DNA from: Candidatus Latescibacterota bacterium
Lineage (GTDB): Bacteria > Latescibacterota > UBA2968 > UBA8231
Direction: 5' to 3'
Length of the DNA: 64,000 bases
Assembly: GCA_965206595.1 (NCBI GenBank)
Contig: OZ242214.1
Location: forward strand, 2,080,001-2,144,000
The position numbers and the translations under genes were made by a program. Below the pieces are notes generated by a model. That model was not told where the DNA came from. It made no database searches and saw only the letters and a program-made list of their open reading frames with translations. The stretch's first letter is position 1. Each line of letters opens with the position of its first letter. This document shows positions 11,481-21,658 of the stretch, piece after piece.

Positions 11481-12743
11481 AACAAAATCGAATCCCAATG
11501 GCTGGTGCGCTTGGAGTTGCACGCTCATAGCAGGCCGTTGAAAAACCGGGGAATTCCGAAAAATCGAAAGGATTTTAGAATGTAGGGTGTGTTTTGCGGT
11601 TAAATGGACCATTGGAGCGATATTCCCATATATAGAAACGAGCTCGAAAAGGGTAACGAAAAAAGCTTCAAACAGCGGCGCATTCGGCTAAAGAACTCAA
11701 AAACCCTTTTTAAACGATCAGCGCAGGCCCCGAAACCCGATGCCAGCCCATGAAACCCCCTCGGGGTTCCGCTTCCGGTGAGCTTGCGCATGGCCAGGCC
11801 GAGATTGAAGGCGCCGCCATGAATACACAGGCGCTTGTAGAGGTTGGTGTGGCCGCGCAGGTGAGTGCGTCGCATACCCCCGGTTTCATAGGTAGGAGCA
11901 AAACTGCGTTCCGCAAACTCGGCGCGAAGCCGCTGCAGCCTCTTGCCTCGCTCTCCTCGAAGGCGCCGGCGATTCGCATACACCGCCGCCTTGGCCGGCG
12001 CATCCTTTTTCCAGTTTCGACGGCCGCGATCCGGTTCCGAAACGTAGCTGCGAATCTCGGCCTCCTTCAACGTCTTCATGGTGTGATTGCTGTGATAGCC
12101 CTTATCCGCCACCACTTCGCTGAGCGCCGTCTTCTCCTCGACAGGAACCTCTTGCAGAGTGCGATCGGCCTGGTCCAGACTCGCGGCCAGCGACTCGGTG
12201 TCCCCTTCATCGGCGCCACACACCTGGATGGCCACCAGCGCCTGGGTGTCCAGATCGACCGTATGCTCGGCCTTGTGAGCCAAATGAGTGCGTCCGTCTT
12301 TCATCTTGGTACTGCGGGCATCCGCATCATGAGGATGCTCCCAGTCCTTGTTGGACGCCTTGTTCGCACGCTTCTTGTCGAGCCGGGCCAGGTCCTGCTT
12401 CGTCGGCGTTTGGATCCCTTCTGCCCGGGCCAGCCCTTCCAGGTACTCGGGGTAGGCTTTGCCCGTGTCCCGGCGCACGATGCTGCGCATGGCGGCGTTG
12501 GCTTCCAGCGTGGTGGCGTCCACCGCCACCGTCTTGCCCTTCAGCAGGTCGTGGTCGACCAACACCTTCAGCACCCAGTCGAAGACCGCTTGGTGCACCT
12601 CCACCGGCAGGCGCCCGCGTAGGCGCGACAGACTCGAGTGCTCCGGGGGGGTTTCGCTCAAGGGGTAGCCCAGAAAGCGGCGCAGGGCCAGGGAATCGGC
12701 GACCCGCCAAGCGATGCCCCGCTCCGAGCCCAGCCCTTCGAAA

Positions 12744-14367
12744 GTAACCGTTCAGTTCCCCTGGCAGATTGGGGCCGGGGGGCGGAATGGTTGCGGGCTG
12801 ATATTAGCGAATGGGGGAGTGGGTTGAAGGCAGCAGCGAGGGCGCCGGCTGCTGAGACACGGCAGCGTCACAGGCCATCCTGAGATAGTCGAGGACGTTG
12901 CGCTGTTGCTGGCCCAGGGTATCGCGCACCGTGAGCAGGCGCTCTACGAAACGGCTGCCTTCGGCACTGTGGGTACCGAAGCTGGTGTGACGCCACAACA
13001 CGCCATGGCGAAGGGCTCGTTCGGCTTCGTTGTTGGTCGGCTCGACGCCTTCTCTGCGTGCGAAGGTCCACAGGGCCGGCCCGAGGTCGAGGAGATTGGC
13101 GCAGGTGGCCGCCGTCTTGGCGTCGGCGAACCGCTGCCCATAGCACAAATGAAAACGAAAGCGCAGACACAAATCGTCGATATAGTCCTGGAAGCGGGCG
13201 CGGGACAGGGTGCCGTCGCGGACTTGATGCCACCAGGTAAACAGCTGCTCGCTGCGGTCCAACAGGTGGTGACCGACGCGCTCGGCCTCTCCGCCCCGGG
13301 CCACGAACTCCTCGAAGGCGCGCCGCAGATGCGCCCAGCACACTTGCCGGCGTCGAAGCGGCAGATGCCCATAGGCCGAATAGCGATCGCAGCCGACCAC
13401 CGCCGTGTTATCCGCACCCAGCATCTCATCGACCCCGTCGCGTCCCCGGCTGGGGCGAATGGAGAATACGGTGACGCCCTCGGTCACCGCGGTCCACAAC
13501 CAGGCCTTGGCGCGGCCCTGGCGCCAGCCGGTCTCGTCGACGTTGACGAGGCCCTGTCGGCGAACGAAGGCGCGCGCCTCCTCGACCGCACCCGCCAGGG
13601 CCGCAGCCACCTCCTGTTCCAGCCGGCTGACCGTACCCAGCGACACCTCGAGGCCGAAGGCGTCGGACAACAGCGCCCGGATGTTGCGCTTGCTCAGCCG
13701 GTAGGCCCCGGCCAGCAGGCCGACCCAGGCCTGCACGCTGGGACCGAAGGTGTGCCGCGATACGCCCTCGGGCCAACCGGCTGCGGTCAGGCGGTCGCAG
13801 TGAGCGCAGCGCAGGGTGTGCAGCTGATACTCGATGACCTCGGCCCGCAGCGGCGGGAGGACGACTTCCTGGTGACGCTGCGGATGAGGATCGTCTCCCG
13901 TCAACGGGTGCCCGCATCCGTGGCACTGGCTGGGCTTGACCGGGATCCGTTCGTCCACCTGCTCCACCGATACCCACGAGCGGCCGGGTCCTTCGTGCCC
14001 GGGCTGTCCGCCCGGCGAGCGCCCCGAGGACCGGCGTCGGGAGGTGTCGGTGCGCGGCGAGGAGGAAGCGCCCGATTGCGACGAGGCGGCCCGGGCACCG
14101 CGGCGGGAGCGCCCTTTGCGGCGGGCCAATTCCCGCTCCAGCTCCCCGATGCGCGCCGTCTGTTGTTCCACGATCTGCTCAAGCTGGACAATGCGCTGGC
14201 GCAGGTCGCCTTCGGAAATCGTACTCTCAGGAGGTCTCTTCATGGGGTCGCCGTATCCAGGGAAATCTGCAACACACAACCGATCCCGAAGATACCGACG
14301 AACCCGAAAACCCGCTTAGGTATTTCTTTATATGCTCAAACTACTGCAGGGGGGACTGAACGGTTAC
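12744..14367 (-). mobile_element. IS66-family IS (single-ORF, ISBst12-like), copy 1
   Basis: IR GTAACCGTTCAGT(T)CCCC at both ends; 7-bp TSD TTCGAAA. Confidence 0.92.
12804..14279 (-). CDS. IS66-family transposase (start may be at 14243)
   Basis: GGQPGHEG, CHGCG zinc finger, VDETGW, QVCWAHLRR, PTNNEAERALR. Confidence 0.9.
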   Translation of the reverse strand: MCVADFPGYGDPMKRPPESTISEGDLRQRIVQLEQIVEQQTARIGELERELARRKGRSRRGARAASSQSGASSSPRTDTSRRRSSGRSPGGQPGHEGPGRSWVSVEQVDERIPVKPSQCHGCGHPLTGDDPHPQRHQEVVLPPLRAEVIEYQLHTLRCAHCDRLTAAGWPEGVSRHTFGPSVQAWVGLLAGAYRLSKRNIRALLSDAFGLEVSLGTVSRLEQEVAAALAGAVEEARAFVRRQGLVNVDETGWRQGRAKAWLWTAVTEGVTVFSIRPSRGRDGVDEMLGADNTAVVGCDRYSAYGHLPLRRRQVCWAHLRRAFEEFVARGGEAERVGHHLLDRSEQLFTWWHQVRDGTLSRARFQDYIDDLCLRFRFHLCYGQRFADAKTAATCANLLDLGPALWTFARREGVEPTNNEAERALRHGVLWRHTSFGTHSAEGSRFVERLLTVRDTLGQQQRNVLDYLRMACDAAVSQQPAPSLLPSTHSPIR

Positions 14368-14693
14368 TTCGAAATAGCCGATCATGAGCAGGCGGAAATA
14401 GACCCCGGGAGCAATACTGGGGCGCCCCAACGTCTCGGCGTACTACGGGGCGCAGTGCGCTTCTACAAAGGCATCGAACCCATGCTCCGCCAGCAGCCTG
14501 TTGAGGCGAGTGTAAAACGGATGACCCGGCGTCTCGGACAGGGTGCGAGTCGGTACCCACATTTCTTGCTGCTGACTTTCTGGACGCTTGCTCATCGACA
14601 TAACCGCCTCCTGACTTCGGCCCCTTTTCTTTGGTGTTTTCTAATCTAGAAAAGGCCGATACGACAAGCAATCCCGTTATTGCGGTTTTTAAG

Positions 14694-16246
14694 GGGTGTA
14701 GCCGCGTTTTTACGCAGCCATCGTGTAGTGCGAGGTAGTCTTTTTAAGGTACCAGTTCCAGAAAGCCTCCCATCGTTTCGATTGCACGTGGACTCGCAGG
14801 TTGAGAATCAGCTGTCCTCCCTCGCGCGTCCAGCGCATACCGCTGCGTTTGAGTCGATGGCCGACCAGGGTCTTGGCGGCCGCCTCCACGGGACCACTGG
14901 AGAGGATCAAGCCCGAAGCGTGATAGCCGGCGTAGTCCATTTTATCCCGGTTGGTGCGGAAGTAGCCCAGTTCGGTGGTCGCCTGACGATGGCGTTGTGA
15001 TCCTTTTGGGAGTGTGCGGCAATGGTAGGCCAGGGAACGGATCAGGCCCTGAACGGCACCGGGCTCATGGCGCAGTTTGTGGCGCTATCGTCGATACCAG
15101 CGAAAAGCTTTTCCCGACCGCTTGCCGAAGAGGTGCTCGGCGGCCTTCGACAGATGCTGGGCCGCGTGGTAGAAGTCGAGTATGCGGGTGAAGCCGTCGA
15201 ACACCCCGAGCCCATCCACGGTACGCCAGATCTCGCGCTTGCCGTCGGCCAACACCACCCGGTGCTCGTAGCTCCCTTGCTGCAGGGCCCGATCCGTCTG
15301 GTTCACCAGGCCGTTGACCAAAGTTTCCATTTTCGCCTCCGGCATACGGGCGGCATAGCGCACGTCGACGCGTTGGGGTTCCTCCGCCTCGGGATCCAGC
15401 GGCGTCAGGTAGGTGGCGACCCTGCCCACCCCCGCCTCTTTCCAGGCCGTGGGGGCGCTGTCGGTTTCGCTGTCCATCGGTCGTTCGGCGGGCCGTCCGC
15501 GCTTGGGTGCCGGTTCCCGCAGGGGCACGGTAACTCCGTCCCAACTGACCACCAGGGTGTCGCCCTCGGGATCCAGCGGCGCCGCTGTTTGCAAGGCCAA
15601 CTCGAGTTGTTCGGCGTGGTCCTCGGCATACTGTCCGACCCGGGTCAACAGCTGCTGAATCGCCGTACGCGAGGGCGGCTCGGGCAGCAATTCACGCAAG
15701 CTGTTCTCGACCTCGGCAGGGACCATGCCGGCGCCCAGGAACGCCGTCAGGCGCTCCCGTTCCGGCACCATGAATCGCTTGACCATGCCGCAGCGCTCAT
15801 CCAAAGGCACCCGACTCGGTCCGCCGCGATCGCGTTGGTATAGCCGACGCGCCACCACAACCTTGCCCCACAGGGTCATCCACTCCTTGTCGACCACCTG
15901 CTTGAATCGGTACACCTTCCCGTGGTGTACCACGGTGTCGTCGCCCAATTCACAAGCTTGAGCCAAGCGTTGGAAGCCGCTTCGACCGATGTCGTCCAAG
16001 CACGATCGAAACTCCCCCAGCATCTGGCGAAAGGCATCCGGTCCTGCTTGCCCGGACTGCAGGCGATGTTCCCACTGCCGGACATTTTCCTGCAGGTTGG
16101 TCAGGCGAGCGCTCAAATCTTGCGTATCTTCCATCCGGGACCCCTTTCCGGTTTTTGGGCTAAGTCGTTACCCCCAAAAGTACAACTCGTACCCGGACTT
16201 GGGGTCCCACTCTTGTTAAAAAGTGCGTAAAGTGGAGGCTACACCC
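14694..16246 (-). mobile_element. ISKra4-like (UPF0236) IS with frameshifted transposase (16134-15085 and about 15080-14710)
   Basis: IR GGGTGTAGCC..GGCTACACCC; motifs SWDGV, LADGKREIW, ILDFYHA, SGPVEAAAK..RLKRSGMRW. Confidence 0.82.
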
Positions 16247-16349
16247 ATAATTAATCGTGCCCTGCTAATCACATTTCCTACCCCATTCCCCAATAATTGA
16301 TGAATTTGGCAAAGTATATTTATGCTTTTGCACAAATTATACCTGCCCT

Positions 16350-16745
16350 CAGCGCCTCCTCGCCGAGCTCCACGGCGTCTCCGAACGCCAGCGCCGCTGG
16401 CCCCGCCGCGTGCGCATCGTCTCGGTCGAGGCGGTCGCCGAGAAGTGGCTGGTCCCGAGGCTGGCCGCCTTCTCAGCCACCCACCCCGGCATCGCCATCG
16501 AGGTCGAGACCAACCACCGGGGCGTCGATCCGGACGCCCGCGACTTCGACGCCTGGTTCGCCTACACCGGCGAGACCGCGGCTTCGCGCCCGGTGACGCG
16601 GCGTGAGGACATCCTGTTGGAGGAAACGCTCTACGAGGAGCAGCAGCTGCCGGTCTGCGCGGCGGTCCCCTGCTCTACGACCTGGGATGGGACGCCGACT
16701 GGGCGTACTGGTTCGCCCGCCAGGGCCAGTCCACGCCCGGCCGGA
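16350..16745 (+). pseudogene. LysR-type regulator substrate-binding domain fragment
   Basis: WLVPRLAAFSATHPGIAIEV..FDAWF..EEQQLPVC; no HTH; boundaries approximate. Confidence 0.6.
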
Positions 16746-16769
16746 AGACCTGCGCATGGATCACCCGGG

Positions 16770-17250
16770 CGGTGGAATCGCTCTGCGCGCGCTTGTCCGG
16801 GCCGTGGGCATCCGCATAGCCGACCGTCGCCCGCAGCCGCTTGCCGGCATTCCCTGGTTGCGGCGTATAGCTGGTCAGCCCCGGATAGCGCCCCGCCGGC
16901 AGGGGGGGCTCCCACGGGTCCGTATCCCGGTCCCGGTGCTGCCAAGGCCACCCGTTCACCCGGATGCCCCCATCCGGGTCGGTGGGCACCGCGGTCAGCG
17001 GCGTGCCCACCCGCGGCGGCGGCGAGATCAGGGTCACCTCGCCGGGATCGTCCTCGTTGGTCACCCGCACCGACACCGGCAAGGCCGCATCCGCCGGCGG
17101 CTGACCGTCGGCGTCGGCCTCCACCGTCACTTCGTAGACCTGTCTCGGTTGGCGTCGGCCGGATTCTCGTAGTCCGGCGGCTCCTCGAAGCGGAGCCGGC
17201 CCGCATCATCGATCGTCAGGGTGTCGGCATCGGCCCCCCCGAGGGACCAG
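16770..17250 (-). pseudogene. Cadherin-like/Ig-like repeat fragment of a large surface protein
   Basis: WSLGGADADTLTIDDAGRLRFEEPPDYENPADAN, VRVTNEDDPGEVTL..PRVGTPLTA..DPDGG; frameshifted. Confidence 0.6.
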
Positions 17251-17289
17251 GACACCGGCGCGACCGCTTGCCCGTCCGCGGAGAGTTGG

Positions 17290-17450
17290 CCAACTGGCCC
17301 AGTTCGGCCATCGCCGGGGTGCAGGTCGGGGTGGCGATCACGTGCCTGACCCCCAGCTCGCAGGCGAAGGCCTCCTCGAACTCCTTCACGGTGTTGCCGG
17401 TCAGGCCGCCGTCGATCACTTCCTTGACGTAGATCCAGCAGTTGGGTCCA
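17290..17450 (-). pseudogene. DegT/DnrJ aminotransferase N-terminal fragment
   Basis: GPNCWIYVKEVIDGGLTGNTVKEFEEAFACELGVRHVIATPTCTPA. Confidence 0.5.
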
Positions 17451-17872
17451 TGGCGTGGAAACAGCGGCGGCACGATCCCCCGGGTGGAGTGGGCTTCGGC
17501 GCCCCGCAGGGCAGGGTCTGAACGGCCATCGGGAGGTTCTACTCGGCACTTGGGTGGTTGTTGCCGGCATTTTCTGGCCACGGCTCCGGGCCGGACCAAA
17601 GACCGCTGACCAGGGGGCGTCTTTCCGGGACGACGGGAGGAGCGGGCATTCCTACCTTACTCCACCAACGAAAGCCGGAAACATCCCTTTACTTGCCAGA
17701 TCAGAAACCAGGGCCTGCGACGGCGACCCCGCCTCGGGCCTGGAGTTAGGGCAGCTTCGGAGTCCGGCGCATTGCGTCCGTGTCGAGCCGGGATTCCGAG
17801 GCGCGAAAGTGCTGCGGGGAGCGCCCCCTCGGATGAAGCTTTCAACGAATCGCCCAAAGAAGGAGAGTTCCC

Positions 17873-18592
17873 GTGAGCCAACCTCTGAAAGACCAGGTCG
17901 CCGTCGTCGTGGGCGCCAGCAGCGGCATGGGGAAGCAGACCGCCCTGTCCCTGGCGCGGGCAGGGGCGAGCGTGGTGGCGGCGGCGCGCAGCGAGGACAG
18001 GCTGCGGGAGCTGGCAGCCGAAATCGGGACAGAAACCCTGGCGTTCCCGGCCGACGTCGAGGATCCGGCCTCGGTCGAGCGCCTGATCGCCGCGTCGGTC
18101 GAGCGCTTCGGCCGCATCGACCTCCTCGTCTACGCCACCGGAACCAACATTCCCGAGCGCGGCCTCGAGGTGCTCACCCCCGAGACCTGGGACATGATGG
18201 TGGCGACCAACCTCAGCGGGGCCTTCCACTGCACCCGGGCGGTGCTGCCGGTCATGCGCTCCCAGGGGTCGGGACTGATCCTCTACGTCGGCAGCGCCTG
18301 CGTGCAGATTCCCGATCTCTCCGGGGTCTCGTACCAGGCAGCGAAGCACGGCCTCGTCGGCCTGGCGCACGGCACCTTCCAGGAGGAGCGGGAGAACGGC
18401 ATTCGCACCACCGTCATCTTCCCCGGCCTGACGGACACGCCGCTGGTCGACAAGCGGCCGGCGCCGACCCCGCCGGAAGTGCTCGCCAAGGCCCTGCAGC
18501 CCGAAGACGTCGCCGCGGCCTGCCTGTTCGTCGCCTCGCTGCCGCCGCGGGCCCGGGTTCCCGAGCTGACGCTGATGCCGGCAGGACTCTGA
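17873..18592 (+). CDS. SDR family oxidoreductase
   Basis: VVGASSGMG, YQAAK catalytic motif. Confidence 0.9.
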   Translation: MSQPLKDQVAVVVGASSGMGKQTALSLARAGASVVAAARSEDRLRELAAEIGTETLAFPADVEDPASVERLIAASVERFGRIDLLVYATGTNIPERGLEVLTPETWDMMVATNLSGAFHCTRAVLPVMRSQGSGLILYVGSACVQIPDLSGVSYQAAKHGLVGLAHGTFQEERENGIRTTVIFPGLTDTPLVDKRPAPTPPEVLAKALQPEDVAAACLFVASLPPRARVPELTLMPAGL

Positions 18593-18618
18593 CCACGAAA
18601 GGAATCGAAAGGAATCCC

Positions 18619-19437
18619 ATGGCCATCGTGATGTTCACCAAGAGCGTCAAGGACCACACCGTTCCCCAGCTGATCGAGCTCGCCCACGAGCTCGGCCTCG
18701 AGGGGTACGACCTCTGCGTGCGTCCGGAGTACCCGATCAACCCGGACAACGCCGCCACCGAGCTTGTCGGCGCGGTGCGCGTCCTGGGCAGGGCCGGGCT
18801 TTCCGTCCCGATGGTCACCGGCAACTTCGACCTGCTGCTGCCCGACGACGAGACCGCCGAGCCGATCCTGGGGGCGATGGACGCCGCCAACGTGCGCCTG
18901 CTGAAGCTCGGCTACTTCAAGTTCGATCCGCTGTCGCAGGATTACTGGACCGAGGTCGACGGCATCCGAACCGCCTTCGACGGCTGGAGCCGGCTGGCGG
19001 AGAAGCACGGGGTCAAGGTCTGCTACCACACCCACTCGCGCGGCTGCATGGGACTCAACGCCGGCATGATGGCCCATCTCGTGCGCGACTTCGACCCGCG
19101 GCACATCGGGGTCTACCTCGACCCCTGCCACCTCGTCGTCGAAGGGGAGGAGTTCCCGACGGCGGCCGCCATCGTCGGGGAACACCTGTCGATCCTCGGC
19201 CTCAAGGACGCCCTGCTGGTGCGCGGGGAACGGAACGGCCACGGCAGCAAACAAGTGCGCTGGGTGGAGGCGGGCGGCGGCATGGTCGACTGGACCGGGG
19301 TCTTCGCCGAGCTGGACCGCCTCGGTTTCGACGGCCCCCTGTCCGTGCACTGCGAGTTCGAGATCCCCGAGGACGGGTACAGGGCCGCCCTCGAACGGGA
19401 GGTGGCGTTCTTCCGCGCCCGCGCCGCGGGGGCTTAA
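18619..19437 (+). CDS. Sugar phosphate isomerase/epimerase (xylose-isomerase-like TIM barrel)
   Basis: GYDLCVRP, YHTHS, YLDPCH, GLKD, SVHCEF. Confidence 0.82.
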   Translation: MAIVMFTKSVKDHTVPQLIELAHELGLEGYDLCVRPEYPINPDNAATELVGAVRVLGRAGLSVPMVTGNFDLLLPDDETAEPILGAMDAANVRLLKLGYFKFDPLSQDYWTEVDGIRTAFDGWSRLAEKHGVKVCYHTHSRGCMGLNAGMMAHLVRDFDPRHIGVYLDPCHLVVEGEEFPTAAAIVGEHLSILGLKDALLVRGERNGHGSKQVRWVEAGGGMVDWTGVFAELDRLGFDGPLSVHCEFEIPEDGYRAALEREVAFFRARAAGA

Positions 19438-19510
19438 CCTCGGGTCAGCCGCGGCAGATTCCCTGAGCCGACCTCGACACCCTGCCGGTCAACCACTCGG
19501 TCAGGGTGCG

Positions 19511-20248
19511 TCAGGGAGAGGAGGCGACGCTTGTGGCGTTCGACTGATCCGCCACGAGGTGGCGGCCCTCCTCCTTCAGTCTCCTGAACACCTCGAGATG
19601 CCTGACCCCCTGCTCCTTCTTCCCCTGCTCGAGAAGCAGCCGTCCCAGCCGGTAGTGGGCGGAGGCATGGTCCGGGGACAGCTTGAGCGCCTTGGCGTAG
19701 AGCCCGGCGGCGCGCAGGCCGTTGCCCCGCTTTTCCGAAATCAGCCCGAGGCGGTAGTAGGAGGATCCGAAGTTGGGAACGACCTCGATCGCCTGCCTGT
19801 AGTAGCGCTCCGCCTCGTCGAGGAGGTTGCGGCGCTCGCTGATCACCCCGAGGTCGAAGTACGGCTTGGCCCTGCGCAGGCCGAGCTCGATCGCCCGCTT
19901 GTACGCCTTCTCGGCGCGGTCCCCGTCGGTCAGCAGCATGTAGGCCTTGCCCAGGTGCATGTAGAAGAGGCCGTTGTCCGGCTCCAGGGAGATCGCCCTG
20001 CGGATCGGCTCCAGCGCCTTGCCGGGCTCCAAGCGCAGGGCGTGGCAGAGCCCGAGCTTGGCATGGGCCAAGGCAAACCCGGGGTCCAGCTCGACGGCAC
20101 GCCGGTACTCCCCGGCTGCCTGGAGGTACCTGCCGGCGCGGAGGTGCGCCTGTCCGCGCTCGTAATGGGCCGCCGACGACTCGGAGGAGCCGCACCGGAG
20201 CAGCGAGGCGGTGAGGAGAAGCGGTGCCACCGCCAGGAGGGCTTTCAC
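19511..20248 (-). CDS. Exported TPR-repeat protein
   Basis: Signal-like N-terminus ending LLRCG; about 6 TPR units (A..Y.RAIEL.P). Confidence 0.8.
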   Translation of the reverse strand: MKALLAVAPLLLTASLLRCGSSESSAAHYERGQAHLRAGRYLQAAGEYRRAVELDPGFALAHAKLGLCHALRLEPGKALEPIRRAISLEPDNGLFYMHLGKAYMLLTDGDRAEKAYKRAIELGLRRAKPYFDLGVISERRNLLDEAERYYRQAIEVVPNFGSSYYRLGLISEKRGNGLRAAGLYAKALKLSPDHASAHYRLGRLLLEQGKKEQGVRHLEVFRRLKEEGRHLVADQSNATSVASSP

Positions 20249-20549
20249 GCCGCCCACTTCCCTCGCCGGCGGGGGCGGCGTTCCGGCGGCTTCCCCCACC
20301 CTTCCGGGACAGGACTCTTCGAGCGCCCCGGACCGGCCAGAGTGGCGCCCCGAACCTCCCCCTGCCCTTCTCCGGCAGGACTCTCCGTGCCCCCCGCCGC
20401 GGGGGGTACCCGGCCCGGAGGGGACCCTTGGCCATGGAGGAATTGCAATACCGGAAATGCTCGACGGACCATGGCGGTTACAGTGTCGCGCCACGCAGGG
20501 CCGGTCAAGCCCGGCCTTTCGCGGCCCTGAATCCGTAGATTTCCGGGCC

Positions 20550-20717
20550 ATGAACTTCGACAGGTCGATCGACCCGCATCGCCCGCTCTACCATTTCTCG
20601 CCCCCCCTCGGATGGTGGGACGGCGGTCCGGACGGGACCATCCATCACGACGGCCGGTACCACGTCTTCTACCAGTTCGACCCCCGAGTTCGGCGAATCG
20701 ATCTTGCCTGGCGGTAA
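20550..20717 (+). pseudogene. GH32 glycoside hydrolase N-terminal fragment
   Basis: RPLYHFSPPLGW..PDG..HDGRYHVFYQFDP, then a stop. Confidence 0.6.
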
Positions 20718-20735
20718 ACGGATCCGGATAGCGCG

Positions 20736-21090
20736 GTGACGGAGACCTCCGGAAAAAAACAGCAACCGATCGACGGCATGCCCCGCGACGCGCGCGGGTT
20801 CTGGCAGCAAGTACACCGCCGACTGGATGGCGACGGGAAAGCGCAAGTTCCTCTGGGGAAGTCAGCTCCGCGACAACGTCTTCTGGAGCTGCGCCAGCGG
20901 CTGCACCGTCTGGACCGCGTACGAGGTGCTGATGACGTGGGCCTACGCCAACGGGCTGCTGCCCTACGGCGAGCCGGACATCCCGTTCGACCACTGGTTC
21001 GGCACCAGTCACGACGGGTCTCCGGAGGCTCACGCGTCGATGCGGGAGAAGCGCCGGGCCCGCAACAACGTCGTCACCGACTCGGACTAG
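20736..21090 (+). pseudogene. Sterol desaturase-family remnant with large internal deletions
   Basis: QLRDNVFWSCASGCTVWTAYEV..WAYANG joined directly to C-terminal YG..IPFDHWFGT.HDG; central His boxes absent. Confidence 0.55.
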
Positions 21091-21283
21091 CGGCCCCCCG
21101 GAGATCCGTCAGGCCGCCGGTCGTCCCGGGCGGCATGCGCCGGGGATCCAGGGATCGTCCCGGTGGCCGCGGCCGCAATGGACGCTCCGCGCGGTCACGG
21201 CCTATCTTGGGCCTGCGCCGGACTCAGCGGGCATCGCTGCTCCAGCGCCGTTTGCAGGCAGCCCCGAATCCTACAGGAGCACC

Positions 21284-21658
21284 ATGGCACTGACCATCAT
21301 CCGCACCGTCCGCCCCAGCCCCGAATGGCAGGATACCCTCATCCGCCTGCGCCGGGGACAGCGGATGGTGATCGACACCGAGGAGGTCTGGTCGCCGGAC
21401 ATGCGCAACCAGATCGTCTGGTGCGGGGCAGACGGGGTGTACAACCTCCCCGCGGACGAGGGGTACCTGCTGCCCGGGGCAAACGTCGGCATGCTGATCG
21501 CCCGCGTCGGCGACGGGCCGCCCTTCGCCGTCGGCAGCCGCCACGACTTCCTCTGCGACCGCGAGGGCCTGCTCCACCTGGCGATGAACGAGAACCCCGA
21601 ACACAACAACCAGGCGGGGAAACTCTCCTCCCAGATCATCCTGTTCGGGGAAGAGTGA
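21284..21658 (+). CDS. Small protein resembling the LecA/PA-IL lectin-like fold
   Basis: Pattern WQDT..G..W..CGADG..PGANVGMLIARVG..F.VG..G.L.LAMN. Confidence 0.5.
   Translation: MALTIIRTVRPSPEWQDTLIRLRRGQRMVIDTEEVWSPDMRNQIVWCGADGVYNLPADEGYLLPGANVGMLIARVGDGPPFAVGSRHDFLCDREGLLHLAMNENPEHNNQAGKLSSQIILFGEE

Larger units (their letters stand above)
11531..14693 (-). mobile_element. IS1182-family IS; transposase pseudogene (14595-14368 joined to 12743-11600) interrupted by IS66
   Basis: N-part MSKRPESQQQEMWV..GRPSIAPGVYFRLLMIGYFE has an in-frame TAG; continues GLGSERGIAW..VAVDATTLEANA..VADKGY; end CAGGCCGTTGAAAAACC; opposite end abuts the next IS. Confidence 0.82.

Noticed and set aside
14440-14450. 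In-frame TAG in the IS1182 transposase as possible recoding
   Set aside because: The gene is already disrupted by IS66, so a nonsense mutation is the simpler explanation.
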